A stretch of DNA of 63,970 nucleotides, filler included, from Octopus bimaculoides (Eukaryota), in assembly GCF_001194135.2 (NCBI RefSeq). It is 7 parts of 6 records of this genome, joined end to end, with 100 filler letters (N's around TTAATTAATTAA, not from the genome) between each part and the next. Parts side by side here need not be neighbours in the genome. Positions count along the whole stretch, not along the records: positions 32,422 to 54,265 come from NC_068988.1; positions 54,366 to 58,529 come from NC_069010.1; positions 58,630 to 61,102 come from NC_068991.1; positions 61,203 to 62,458 come from NW_026358752.1; positions 62,559 to 63,970 come from NW_026348069.1; 2 more parts are not named here. One strand, 5' to 3'. The position numbers and the translations under genes were made by a program. Position 1 is the first letter of the stretch. Each line of letters starts with the position of its first letter. This document shows, piece after piece, positions 51,069-63,970 of this stretch. The notes beneath the pieces were generated by a model, which worked only from the letters and a program-made list of their open reading frames with translations, was not told the origin of the DNA and searched no databases.

Positions 51069-51514
51069 CAGATCAGGTGCTAGAGCATAACATATCTGAC
51101 CTAGTGTTGGTCAACAAGATGCACCGCATATGCTATATAGTTGGTGTTGCCTACTCCTTTGACCCACGAATAGTCAAAAAGGAAGGCGAAAAAGTAGATA
51201 AATACAACCCTCTTAAGTACGAAATAGCCCGGCTATGGAAATGAAGACGATGAAAATAATGCCAAATATTGTTGGGTCCTTGGGAACAGTATCAGAAGGC
51301 ATCAAGAGGAACATAAAAGAAATCGGAATTTAGTGCCGAGTAGAACTGTTACAAAAAGTTTGCTTCCTTGGCACGGTAAGAATAAACAGGAAAGTATTAG
51401 ATAGTTGAAAAGAACAGATAGCATGGTACTGTAGGCTGCAGATAGAAAGCTCTTTGTGCGTGCAAGACTCCAGGAGTTCCAACAAAACCTTTGATAAAAA
51501 AGAAATAAAAATAA
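51065..51514 (+). mobile_element. 5'-truncated R4/Dong-like LINE: restriction-like endonuclease domain plus 3' UTR, pseudogenised
   Basis: KTDQVLEHNISDLVLVNKMHRICYIVGVAYSFDPRIVKKEGEKVDKYNPLKYEIARLW, frameshift at ~51240, then MKTMKIMPNIVGSLGTVSEGIKRNIKEIGI*CRVELLQKVCFLGTVRINRKVLDS* (TGA 51406-51408). The PD..D catalytic motif is decayed. Confidence 0.85.
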
Positions 51515-51728
51515 TCCTTTCTGTTATAGGCACAAGTCCTAAAATTAGCGGGAGGGGACTAGTCGATTACATCAACCTCACTGTTTCGCTAGCACTTAAT
51601 TTATAGACCCCCAAAAAGATGAAAGGTAAAGTCGATCTCAGCGGAATTTGAACTTAGAGCGTAAATTCGGACGAACTGCTTATTAAGCATTTTGCCGGCT
51701 GGCTAACGATTCTGCCAGATCGCCGCTT
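51515..51728 (-). mobile_element. Family E-type SINE
   Basis: tcctttctgttataggcacaag tail; gatgaaaggtaaagtcgatctcagcggaatttgaactt. Confidence 0.8.
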
Positions 51729-51764
51729 TATTAATACTAATAAAAATGGTGTTACTACTGTTAT

Positions 51765-51819
<55 letters not shown>

Positions 51820-51830
51820 GCCACTACTGG

Positions 51831-51862
<32 letters not shown>

Positions 51863-52219
51863 ATGGTGCTGCTGCTTTTTACTGGTGTTGCTTCTGGTGC
51901 TCCTGCCATTGCTATTTCTGTATAAGTGAATTTGGTAGGCGGAAACTGAATAGAAGATTGTCGGATGAACTGTAACTATGATTCAAAAACCTATGAGCTA
52001 TCTTCAAATTCTGGTTCGCAGATTCTGCTTCAGAAATATGTTCTACGAATGCTCGGTCTCTTACCTGTTGTTTCAGGACAGGTAATAATAGTTCGTAGAA
52101 ATGAATGAAAATTCACCGTCGAACGACGGAAATCCGTGAATGCATATGAGCGATGCATATGCATGAACGCGTGGGCATCCACATATACGTGTTTATACAT
52201 GTACATGCATGTACACACG

Positions 52220-52283
<64 letters not shown>

Positions 52284-53084
52284 NNNNNNNNNNNNNNNNN
52301 NNNNNNNNNNNNNNNNNNNNNNNNNNNNNNNNNNNNNNNNNNNNNNNNNNNNNNNNNNNNNNNNNNNNNNNNNNNNNNNNNNNNNNNNNNNNNNNNNNNN
52401 NNNNNNNNNNNNNNNNNNNNNNNNNNNNNNNNNNNNNNNNNNNNNNNNNNNNNNNNNNNNNNNNNNNNNNNNNNNNNNNNNNNNNNNNNNNNNNNNNNNN
52501 NNNNNNNNNNNNNNNNNNNNNNNNNNNNNNNNNNNNNNNNNNNNNNNNNNNNNNNNNNNNNNNNNNNNNNNNNNNNNNNNNNNNNNNNNNNNNNNNNNNN
52601 NNNNNNNNNNNNNNNNNNNNNNNNNNNNNNNNNNNNNNNNNNNNNNNNNNNNNNNNNNNNNNNNNNNNNNNNNNNNNNNNNNNNNNNNNNNNNNNNNNNN
52701 NNNNNNNNNNNNNNNNNNNNNNNNNNNNNNNNNNNNNNNNNNNNNNNNNNNNNNNNNNNNNNNNNNNNNNNNNNNNNNNNNNNNNNNNNNNNNNNNNNNN
52801 NNNNNNNNNNNNNNNNNNNNNNNNNNNNNNNNNNNNNNNNNNNNNNNNNNNNNNNNNNNNNNNNNNNNNNNNNNNNNNNNNNNNNNNNNNNNNNNNNNNN
52901 NNNNNNNNNNNNNNNNNNNNNNNNNNNNNNNNNNNNNNNNNNNNNNNNNNNNNNNNNNNNNNNNNNNNNNNNNNNNNNNNNNNNNNNNNNNNNNNNNNNN
53001 NNNNNNNNNNNNNNNNNNNNNNNNNNNNNNNNNNNNNNNNNNNNNNNNNNNNNNNNNNNNNNNNNNNNNNNNNNNNNNNNNNNN

Positions 53085-53115
<31 letters not shown>

Positions 53116-53194
53116 TCTGTGTGTATGCGTGTGTGTATATATTTGTGTGGTTTTTGTGTGTGGGTACTTAAATGCGTAGGCTTTATTTTACGTT

Positions 53195-53400
53195 GCCCCA
53201 GTGCACTCAGCTGGTAATAATGAGTCGTACCTGCAATATAAAGGGCCGGCCTTGTCACATTGTGTGTCACACCGAAGCTCCCCGAGAACTACGTCACGTG
53301 TCTGTAGAGTACTCAACCACTTGCACGTTTTAGTTTCACGAGCAAACTCTCCAGTTGATCGGATAAACCTGACCCTCGTCTTCGTAACAGATGGAACGCC
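53195..53400 (+). mobile_element. Family D/C-tail SINE 3' portion
   Basis: gtacctgcaatataaagggccggccttgtcaca...ccccgagaactacgtcacgtgtctgtagagtactcaaccacttgcacg is the reverse complement of the family C tail. Confidence 0.7.
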
Positions 53401-54119
53401 GGAGAAGAGGAATATATATGCGTATGCATATAGATAGATATACCATACACACACATATATATGCATATATGATATATGTGTGGATGTATGTGTGGATGTG
53501 TGTGTATGTGTGTGTGATATTGGCATCCCTTCAGACTCACCCATATACACACATAGATATGTCTTTCGTATGCTGTTATCTAACTGTATATATTTATATA
53601 TACACATATAACGCATACACACACACACACACATACACACACACACATACACACACACACTCTCTCTCTCTGTATATATATATTTGAATGAGTATATGTG
53701 TGTGTACATATAAAGGTATGGGGGCTAAGAGGTGTGTAAATATATTAGTATATGTATGCGTGTGTGTGTATGTGTGTGTATGTATGTATATATATATATA
53801 TATATATATNNNNNNNNNNNNNNNNNNNNNNNNNNNNNNNNNNNNNNNNNNNNNNNNNNTATATACATACACACATATATATATATATATATGTACACCA
53901 TACCGCGTGTGAGAGCAGAATAGGGAATCTCAAATCACTAGGTACCACGTAGGTCATCTTTTGACAACAATGTTGACCACTCCCAAATATTCAATTTCCT
54001 TATTCTTGGTGGACTTAACTCCCCTCTTCACTGTTATCAATTACTATGAGTCTTATCTTTATTCTTATTTCCATCGTAAATCTTATTTTCATCTTTATTT
54101 CATTTACTTATTTTTGTCC

Positions 54120-54134
54120 CCTTGTTGTTGTTGC

Positions 54135-54180
<46 letters not shown>

Positions 54181-54265
54181 CTTCTTCTTCTTCTTCTTCT
54201 TCTTCTTCTTCTTCTTCTTCTTCTTCTTCTTCTTCTTCTTTTTCTTCTTCTTCTTCTTCTTGTTC
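54120..54265. repeat. (GTT)n-(CTT)n compound microsatellite
   Basis: Read directly from the sequence. Confidence 0.95.
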
Positions 54266-54365
54266 NNNNNNNNNNNNNNNNNNNNNNNNNNNNNNNNNNN
54301 NNNNNNNNNTTAATTAATTAANNNNNNNNNNNNNNNNNNNNNNNNNNNNNNNNNNNNNNNNNNNN

Positions 54366-55097
54366 TTTCCCCTATTAATATACATTCCTATAATGCACTT
54401 CCTCCCTAATTTACTTACTTACCTTATACACTCTCTTTCTCCCTCTATCTCTGTCTCTCCCTCTTTTCCGCCACTTTATGCATTGATGTTTCCCTGCCAT
54501 TCCCTACCTTTCCTTCTCTCTCTCTCTCTATCTCTCTCTCTCTCTCTCTCTCTCCCTTTCTCTTTCCCCTATTAATATACATTCCTATAATGCTCTTTCT
54601 CACTTATTTGGTTGCTTACCTTATACTCTCTCTTTCTCTCGCTATCTCTGTCTCTCCTTCTCCGCCACCTTATGCATTGATGTTTTCCTGCCATTCCGTA
54701 CCTTTCCTCCTCTCTCTCTCTTTCTCTCTCTCTCTCTGTCTTTTTCCCTCTCTCCTATTAATATATATTCCTATACTGCTCTTTCTCACTTATTTGGTTA
54801 CTTACCTTATACTCTCTCTTTCTCTGTCTATCTCTGTCTTTCCCTCTTCTCCGCAACGTTATGCATTGATGTTTCCCTACCATTCCCTACCTTTCCTTCT
54901 CCCTCTCTCTTTCTCTTTCTCTCTCACTCTCTCTAGCTCTCTGTCTTTTTCTCTCTCTCCTATTAATATAGATTCCTATAATGCTCTTTCTCACTTATTT
55001 ACTTACTTACATGATACCCTCTCATTCTCTCTCTATCTCTGTCTCTCCTTCTCCGCCACCTTGTGCATTGATGTTTCCCTGCCATTCCCTACCTTTC

Positions 55098-55134
<37 letters not shown>

Positions 55135-55304
55135 GTCCTTTTCTCTGTCCCCTATTAATATATATTCCTATAATGCTCTTTCTTACTTATTTGGTTACTT
55201 ACCTTATTCTCTCACTTTCTCTCTCTATCTCTGTCTCTCCCTCTTCTCCGCCACCTTATGCATTGATGTTTCCCTACCATTCGCTACCCTTCATTCTCTC
55301 TCTT

Positions 55305-55337
<33 letters not shown>

Positions 55338-55531
55338 CTCTCTCACTCTCTCTATCTCTCTCCCTTTCTCTGTCCCTTTCTCTATCCCCTCTTAATATAC
55401 ATTCTTATAATGCTCTTCCTCCCTAATTTACTTACTTACCTTATACTCTCTCTTTCTCTCTCTATCTCTGTCTCTCCCTCTTCTCCACCACCTTATGCAT
55501 TGATGTTTCCCTGCCATTCCCTACATTTCCT

Positions 55532-55572
<41 letters not shown>

Positions 55573-57188
55573 CCTTTTCTCTCTCCCCTATTAATATATA
55601 TTCCTATAATGCTTTTCCTCCCTAATTTACTAACTTACCTTATACTCTCAGTTTCTCTCTCTATCTCTGCCTCTCCCTCTTCTCCTCCGCCTTATGCATT
55701 GATGTTTCCCTGCCATTCCCTACCTTTCCTCCTCTCTCTCTGTGCCTTTCTCTGTCCCTTTCTCTCCCCCCTATTAAAATACCTTCCTATAATGCTCTTC
55801 CTCCCTAATTTACTTACTTACCTTATTCTCTCTCTTTCTCTCTCTATCTCTTTCTCTCCCTCTTCTCAGGCACCATATGCATTGACGTTTCCCTGCAATT
55901 CCCTACCTTTCGTTCTCTCTCTCTCTCTCACTGTCTCTCTCTCCCTCTCCCTCTCTCTCTCTCTCTCTGTCCCTTTCTCTCTCCCCTATTAATATACGTT
56001 CCTATAATGATCTTCCTCCCTTAGTTACTTACTTACCTTATACTCTCACTTTCTCTCTCTATCTCTGTCTCTCCCTCTTCTCCGCCACCTTATGCATTGA
56101 TGTTTCCCTGCCATTCCCTAACTTTCTCTCTATCTCTCTCTCTCTCACTCTCTCTCTCTCTCTCTCTCCCTCCCTTTCTCTCTCCCCTATTAATATACGT
56201 TCCTATAATGCTCTTCCTCCCTAATTTACTTACTTACCTTATACTCTCTCTTTCTCTCTCTATCTCTGTCTCTCCTTCTTTTCCGCCAACTTATGCGTTG
56301 ATGTTACCCTGCCATTCCCTACCTTTCGTTCTCTATCTCACTCTCTATAACTCTCTCTTTCTCTATTTCTCTCTCACTCTCTCTCTCTCTGTCTCTTTCT
56401 CTTTCCTCTATTAATATACATTCCTCTAATGCGCTTCCTCCCTAAATTAATTACTTACCTTATACTCTCTCTTTCTCTCTATATCTCTGTCTCTCCTTCT
56501 TCTCCGCCACCTCATACATTGATGTTTCCCTGCCATTCCCTACTTTTCCTTCTGTATCTCTCTCTCTCTCTCACTCTCTCTCTCTCTCACTCTCTCTCTC
56601 TCTCTCTCTGTCCCTTTCTCTCTCCCCTATTAATATACATTCCTATAATGCTCTTCCTCCCTAATTTACTTACTTAACTTATTCTCTCTTTTTCTCTCGT
56701 TATCTCTGTCTCTCCTTCTTCTCCGCCACCCCATTCATTGATGTTTCCCTGCCATTTCGTACCTTTCCTCCTCTCTCTCTTTCACACTCTCTCTCTCTCT
56801 GTCTGTCTTTTTCTCTCTTTCCTATTAATATACATTCCTATACTGCTCTTTCTCATTTATTTGGTTACTTACCTTATACTCTCTCTTTCTCTCTCTAACC
56901 CTGTCTCTCCTTCTTCTCCGCCACTTCATTCATTGATGTTTCCCTGCCATTCCCTACCTTTCCTCCTCTCTCTCTCTCTCTATCTTTCTCTATCTCTCTC
57001 TCTCTCTCTCTCTCTGTCTTTTTCCCTCTCTCCTATTAATATACATTCCTAAACTGCTCTTTCTCACTTATTTGGTTACTTACCTTATACACTCTCTTTC
57101 TCTCTCTATCTCTGTCTCTCCCTCTTCTCCGCAACGTTATGCATTGATGTTTCCCTGCCATTCCCTACCTTTCCTTCTCTCTCTCTCT

Positions 57189-57226
<38 letters not shown>

Positions 57227-57377
57227 TTTTCTCTCTCTCCTATTAATATACATTCCTATAATGCTCGTTCTCACTTATTTACTTACTTACATTATACCCT
57301 CTCTTTCTCTCTCTATCTCTTTCTCTCCTTCTCAGCCACCTTGTGCATTGATGTTTCCCTGCCATTACCTACCTTTC

Positions 57378-57416
<39 letters not shown>

Positions 57417-57583
57417 CTGTCCTTTTCTCTGTCCCCTATTAATATATATTCCTATAATGCTCTTTCTTACTTATTTGGTTACTTACCTTATTCTCTCTCT
57501 TTCTCTCTCCATCTCTGTCTTTCCCTCTTCTCCTCCACCTTATGCATTGATGTTTCCCTGCCATTCCCTACCCTTCATTCTCT

Positions 57584-57633
<50 letters not shown>

Positions 57634-58073
57634 GTCTATCTCTCTCCCTTTCTCTGTCCCTTTCTCTATCCCCTATTAATATTCCTTCCTATAATGCTCT
57701 TCCTCCCTAATTTACTTACTTACCTTATACTCTCTCTGTCTCTCTCTATCTCTGCCTCTCCCTCTTCTCCTCCGCCTTATGCATTGATGTTTCCCTGCCA
57801 TTCCCTACCTTTCCTCCTCTCTCTCTCACCCTTTCTCTGTCCCTTTCTCTCTCCCCTATTAATATACCTTCCTATAATGCTCTTCCTCCCTAATTTACTT
57901 ACTTACCTAATACTCTCTCTTTCTCTATCTATCTCTGTCTCTCTCTATCTCTGTCTCTCTCTATCTCTGTCTCTCTCTCTCTCTGTCTCTCTCTATCTCT
58001 GTCTCTCTCTATCTCTGTCTCTCCCTCTTCTCCGCCACCTTATGCATTGATGTTTCCCTGCCATTCCCTACCT

Positions 58074-58112
<39 letters not shown>

Positions 58113-58485
58113 NNNNNNNNNNACTCTCTCTCTGTCTCTCTGTCTCTCTCTAGCTGTCCCTTTCTCTTTCCCCTATTAATATACATTCCTATAATGCTCT
58201 TCCTCCCTAATTTACTTACTTACCTTATACTCTCTCTTTCCCTCTCTATCTCTGTCTCTGCCTCTTCTCCGCCACCTCATGCATTGATGGATCCCTGCCA
58301 TTCCCTGCATTTCCTTCTCTCTCTCTCTCTCTTTCTCTATCTCTGTCCTTTTCTCTCCCTCCTATTAATATACATTCCTATAATGCTCTTTCTTACTTAT
58401 TTGGTTACTTACCTTATACTTTCTCTTTCTCTCCTTCTTCTCCGCCACCTTATGCATTGATGTTTCCCTGCTATTCCCTACCTTT

Positions 58486-58529
<44 letters not shown>
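54366..58529 (+). repeat. CT-rich tandem satellite, ~190-235 bp unit, about 20 copies
   Basis: Unit cctattaatatacattcctataatgctct...ttacttaccttatactct...ctccgccaccttatgcattgatgtttccctgccattccctacctttcc-(CT)n. Length varies in the CT tract; two sequence subtypes. Confidence 0.95.
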
Positions 58530-58634
58530 NNNNNNNNNNNNNNNNNNNNNNNNNNNNNNNNNNNNNNNNNNNNTTAATTAATTAANNNNNNNNNNNNNNN
58601 NNNNNNNNNNNNNNNNNNNNNNNNNNNNNATATA

Positions 58635-58670
<36 letters not shown>

Positions 58671-58820
58671 GGTTATGAGAGGTAATGGTGTCAATAAGAC
58701 CCAAAGGTGTCAGGTAATGTTTAGTAAGTGTTATGGATAGACTAGACCATATTTAATCTCCAGGCTCGGTGATTATGCAAATAAGGAGTCCAACGTAGGT
58801 CATATATCAGCATGTGTATA

Positions 58821-59239
58821 CTCTCTCTTTTACTCTTTTACTTGTTTCAGTCATTTGACTGTGCACATGCTGGAGCACCACCTTTAGTCGAGCAAATCGA
58901 CCACGACTTATTCTTTGTTAGCCTAGTACTTATTCTATCGGTCCCTTTTGTCGAACCGCTAAGTTACGGGGGACGTAAACACACCAGCATCAGTTGTCAA
59001 GCGATGTTGGGGGGACAAACACAGACGCACAAACACATATACACACACACACACACATATACATATACATATATACGACGGGATTGTTTCAGTTTCCGTC
59101 TACCAAATCCACTCACAAGGCTTTGGTCAGCCTGAGGCTATAGTAGAAGAAACTTGCCCAAGGCGCCACGCAGTGGGCCTGAACTCAGAACCATGTGGTT
59201 GGTAAGCGAGCTGCTTACCACACAGCCACTTCTACGCCT
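58821..59239 (-). mobile_element. Near full-length family A SINE
   Basis: Colinear with 1575-1967. Confidence 0.9.
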
Positions 59240-60062
59240 ATATATATAAAAAACATTTTCAGAATTTTTTTTTCAGAATGGAAAAAATATATATATATAT
59301 ATATATATATATTTGAAAAAGGAAAAGAATGACTTCACTGGTAGTTTCAATCAATTTAATTTTTTAATAATATAATTTTTGAGTTTGATTTGTAGATCTG
59401 GCGATTGTGAAACTGATCTCAGGTTGTGTTGTGCTGTGTGATTTTATATATAAGAGATTCGGGTGTGTCTGGGGTAGGGTTGGGGCTTGTCAATAAGTGT
59501 TGGAGTGAAGGAGTGTTGACGAACAAGAGCTGAAAGAAAACAATGAATGGTAAAAACAAGGTAATGGACTGAGAGTGGATTTGGGAGGTGGTGGGGTGTT
59601 TAAGGAGTGTTTTGTGAAGGGCTTATGGAAGTGCCCCCCTGTTGGTTCCATTTGAATAGTTGACTTTGGTGAAAAATATGATAGTCAGATGTGTGTGTGT
59701 GTGTGTGTGTTCATGCACACACACATTGAAATATATTATAAAATAGATGAAATCAATTAGATCAAAGTAACTTAACATAAAAGGTTCTTTGCGTATTTTT
59801 GGCTAGACAGATCACTCCGAACGCAAAATAACCTACTAAAAATATTAGCGAAATCTCCGTTAAATCATATTCTACAGTTTTTAAATAATAGATACGTATG
59901 AACCCAAGATACATTATACAATAAACAAAGACGGGATGTTTATGGACTGAACACCTTTACTTATAAATTTGCTCAATCAAGACTCGCCTGGAATTAAACA
60001 ACAGCAACAATAACAACAACAGAAACAACAACAGCAGCAGCAGCAGCAACAGCAACAACACT

Positions 60063-60460
60063 GTTGTTGTTGTTGTTGTTGTTGGCACTCCGTCGCTTAA
60101 GACGTCAAGGGTTCCAGTTGATCCGAATAGCAGAACAACCTTCTCGTGAAATTAACATGCATGTGGCTGAGCACTCCACAGACACGTGTACCCTTAACGT
60201 AGTTCTCGGGGGATATTCAGCGTGACACAGTGTGACAAGTCTGACCCTTTGAAATACAGGTACAACAGAAACAGGAAGTAAGAGTGAGAGAAAGTTGTGG
60301 TGAAAGAGTACAGCAGGTTTGCCCCCCCCCCCTTGCCAGAGCCTCGTGGGGCTTTAGGTGTTTTCGCTCAATAAATATTCACAGCGCCCGGTCTGGGAAT
60401 CGAAACCGCGATCCTATGACCGCGAGTCCGCTGCCCTAACCACTGGGCCATTGCGCCTCC
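60063..60460 (-). mobile_element. Full-length family C SINE inserted in a (CAA)n tract
   Basis: Colinear with 43458-43851; flanks acagcaacaacact (60049-60062) and acaacaacaacact (60464-60477). Confidence 0.9.
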
Positions 60461-60499
60461 ACAACAACAACAACACTATAATGAAAGAATTGCTTCACA

Positions 60500-60695
60500 T
60501 TTTAGCACTAGGCCACCAATTTTAAGTGGAGATGGTAGTCGATTACATCGACCCCAGTTCTTGGTTGGCACTTTACTTTATCGAACCCGAAAGGATGAAA
60601 GGGAAAGTTGACCTCCGCGAAATTTAAACCAAGAACATAACGAACCAGAAGAAATACCGGGAAACAATTTCGCTGACGCACCAACGATTCTGTTA
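60500..60695 (-). mobile_element. Diverged family E-type SINE
   Basis: gtcgattacatcgaccccag...cccgaaaggatgaaagggaaagttgacctccgcgaaattt. Confidence 0.75.
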
Positions 60696-61016
60696 TTTCA
60701 AATTAAAGGATAAACGAATATGATTAAAAAACAAAAAAACAACAAATATTTGTTTTTCAATTATTTTTATTATTTCTTTTTCCAAGAGTCATGTAAGAAA
60801 GTTACAAAAATTAATTTTGATGAATGAAATGTGTTGAGTACTGAACCTATCAAACCCAGTTGTGCAATTTATATATTTCTTGTTTATTTTATATTATATA
60901 ATATTTATCTAGTTTAGCATCATTTAGTGTTATTAAGCGTTAATATCATACATCCGTTGTCCTTGTAGCACATGTAATTACTACAAAAAACCGATTGTTA
61001 TCATTATTATTATTAC

Positions 61017-61062
<46 letters not shown>

Positions 61063-61202
61063 TTTGCTGTTCCATTTCTTTTTTTAAAGATATCGAAACA
61101 AANNNNNNNNNNNNNNNNNNNNNNNNNNNNNNNNNNNNNNNNNNNNTTAATTAATTAANNNNNNNNNNNNNNNNNNNNNNNNNNNNNNNNNNNNNNNNNN
61201 NN

Positions 61203-62458
61203 TTGCAGAATTCTGCAGAAAGCTTCGTTTGACAGAAGCACTTAACAACTACGACAACGAAGACGAATCACTAGTGAGAAATAAAAGTAATTATCTACCA
61301 CCCAAAGGAAGGAATAAAACACCAGATGACTTCTGCAACCGTATCCAAAATTTTCCTCACACTTTCAACAAATCAAAAATTGTACCTAACTTCAACAACA
61401 CACAATGGAAGCAACTACTACAACTAAAAAAGGACAAAGACCTGACAATCAAAGAAGCAGACAAAGGGAGTGCTGTAGTATTGATGGACACAGAGCACTA
61501 CAAAAAGCTAGCACTGTCCATACTAGAAAATGACTCCTTCTATGAAAAAGTTGCAAATTACAGGCAGCAAAGAACTTTTTAAAATCTTGAAACTCTAATA
61601 CTCAAACACGGAAAAGGCCTAACAGAAAAAGAAAAAGACTACATTACCAACTTCAAATGCAAACCCAACCTTTTCTATGGCGTCCCCAAAATTCACAAGA
61701 GTCAAGCAATCACTAATGCATGCAAATCGAATCCAAGCCTGTGCATAAATATTCCAACACCAGAAGACTTAAAATTAAGGCCTATTATTGCTGGTCCAAC
61801 TTGTGAAACACACCACCTTAGCAATTTTCTCGACATATTACTGAAGCCCTATCTCAAATACATCAAAAGTTTCATTAGAGACGATTTGGACATGCTAGAG
61901 CACCTACCAAAAACCACCAACGAAGAAGCTCTCTCTATTAGTCTCTTTCGATGTCATCAACCGCTACACTAACATTCCACATGACTATGGAATAGAGGCA
62001 ATAAAATTCTGGTTGGAAAAACACCCTGAAGTTCTCCCGGACCGCATAAACCAGAGATTTATCATTGAATCCCTGAAGTTCATCCTTCAAAACAATTACT
62101 TCATATTCGATACAACATACTACTGCCAAAAATGCGGTATTGCGATGGGTACTGTAGCTGCGCCTGTTCTGGCGAACCTAATAATGGGTTACTTTGAATC
62201 TACCTTGTATGAACTTTCACTCCAAAAATTTGGACCACCATTTTACCACTATATAAGAGAAAACTGGAAAAGATATTTAGATGATTGTTTTATCATCTGG
62301 AATGAAGCCTATGATAATCTGCTGGTTTTCAAATCCACACTGAACAGTATTAATCCCAACATCCAGTTTACATTGGAATACAGCAAGGAACAGCTTCCTT
62401 TTCTGGACATTTTAAAAAAGTCCAACAACCACATCGCAACTGACATTTACTACAAGCC
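61203..62458 (+). mobile_element. Penelope-like element reverse transcriptase (possibly Neptune clade), disrupted by one stop and one frameshift
   Basis: Motifs in order: EFCRKLRL, IKEADKGSAVV, TAA at 61580-61582, FYGVPKIHK, LKLRPIIAGP, LDILLKP, +1 shift near 61930-61945, LVSFDV, GIAMGT, RYLDDCF, LPFLD, TDIYYKP. Both ends are cut by linker gaps. Confidence 0.9.
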
Positions 62459-62558
62459 NNNNNNNNNNNNNNNNNNNNNNNNNNNNNNNNNNNNNNNNNN
62501 NNTTAATTAATTAANNNNNNNNNNNNNNNNNNNNNNNNNNNNNNNNNNNNNNNNNNNN

Positions 62559-63970
62559 ATATATAAATAAATAAATATATAAATTAATAAATATATAAAT
62601 AAAAATATGAATAATTATAAATATGAATATGTAAATAAATATATATATAAATAAATATATATATAAATAAATAAATATAGATATAAATAAATAAATATAA
62701 ATAAATATGTATATATATAAATAAATATATGTAACTATATATATATATAAATATATAAATAAATAAATATATACATAAATAAATATATAAATAAAAATAT
62801 ATATAAATAAATAAATATATATATATATGAATAAATAAATATATATATAAATAAGTAAATATATAAATCAATATATATATATAAATATATATATATAAAT
62901 AAACACATATATATAAATAAATAAATATAAATAAATATCTATATATATAAATATATGAATAAATATATATATAAATGAATAAATATATATATAAATAAAT
63001 AAATATATATATAAATATATCAATAAATAAATATATACATAAAAAAATATATAAATAAATATATAAACAAATAAATATATAAAAAAAGAGATAAATATAT
63101 AAATATATATATGAATAAATAAATATATAAATAAGTATATATACAAATAAATATATAAATAAATAAATATATATATAAATATATATATAAATAAATAAAT
63201 ATATATAAATATATATATATAAAAATAAATCAATAATTATATAAATAAATATATAAATAAATATATAAATACATAAATATATAAATGAATGTATAAATAA
63301 ATAAATATATATATATGAATAAATAAATATATAAATTAATAAATATATAAATAAAAATAAATAAATATATATAAAATATATATATATATAAATAGATAAA
63401 TAAATATATAACTAAATAAATATATATAAATATATATATATAAATAAATAAATATATAAATACATAAATATATAAATAAATATATATATGAATAAATAAA
63501 TATATAGAAATATATATATATATAAATAAATAAATATATATATAAATAAATAAAAAATAAATAATTAAATATATAAATAAATAAATATATATGAATAAAT
63601 AAATATATATAAAGAGCTATATATAAATAAATATATATATAAATGAATAAATACATAAATAAATATATAAATAAATATATACATATAACAGTAAATATAT
63701 CAATAAATAAATAAATATACATATTCATAAATAAATATATAAATAAACAGATATATATATATAAATATATGTATGAAAAAGTAAATATGTAAATAAATAA
63801 TTATATATATAAATAAATATAAAATAAACGTAATATATAAATAAATATATACATAAATAAATAAATATATATAAATATATATATATATATAAAAATATAT
63901 ATATGAATAAATATATAAAAAAATAAATATATAATTTAATAAATATATAAATAAAAATATAAAATATATA
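62559..63970. repeat. Near-pure A/T low-complexity tract of (TAAA)/(TA) units
   Basis: Read directly; the I/Y/F/L ORFs here are compositional. Confidence 0.97.

Noticed and set aside
54393-58460. Long L/S/P-rich ORFs (up to 278 aa) resembling a repetitive membrane protein
   Set aside because: They result from a CT-rich satellite that lacks stops on one strand. Frames shift between units with CT-tract length and there is no domain signature.
54366-58529. CRISPR-like repeat/spacer periodicity
   Set aside because: Whole units are homologous, with no unique spacers or cas genes, in a eukaryotic context.

Overview
Repeat-rich, AT-rich, gap-ridden animal DNA. It is most consistent with a draft octopus assembly, inferred from the tRNA-derived SINE families, the microsatellite load and the N44-TTAATTAATTAA-N44 scaffold linkers. 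The only host gene I can support is the 3' part of a BTB-BACK-Kelch gene of the KLHL1/4/5 group on the + strand. Six exons with canonical AG/GT sites and consistent phases lie between 720 and the stop at 11297, and one expected kelch exon is absent from the visible sequence. The rest is transposon and repeat DNA: at least five SINE families, mariner remnants, a piggyBac-type MITE, three R4/Dong-like fragments, an RTE 3' end, a lightly damaged Penelope-like (PLE) reverse transcriptase at 61.2-62.5 kb, and a ~4.1 kb CT-rich satellite with higher-order structure. The most interesting signal is a set of minimal type I hammerhead ribozyme motifs of the PLE kind (27.0, 34.2, 39.6, partial 40.4 and degenerate 43.1 kb). 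One of them sits in a composite element: Pol III tRNA-like head, then (TAA)n, then hammerhead. That element forms a head-to-head fold-back and is a candidate ribozyme-bearing, PLE-mobilised SINE-like element. Repeat family assignments come from recognising motifs by eye, not from database searches.
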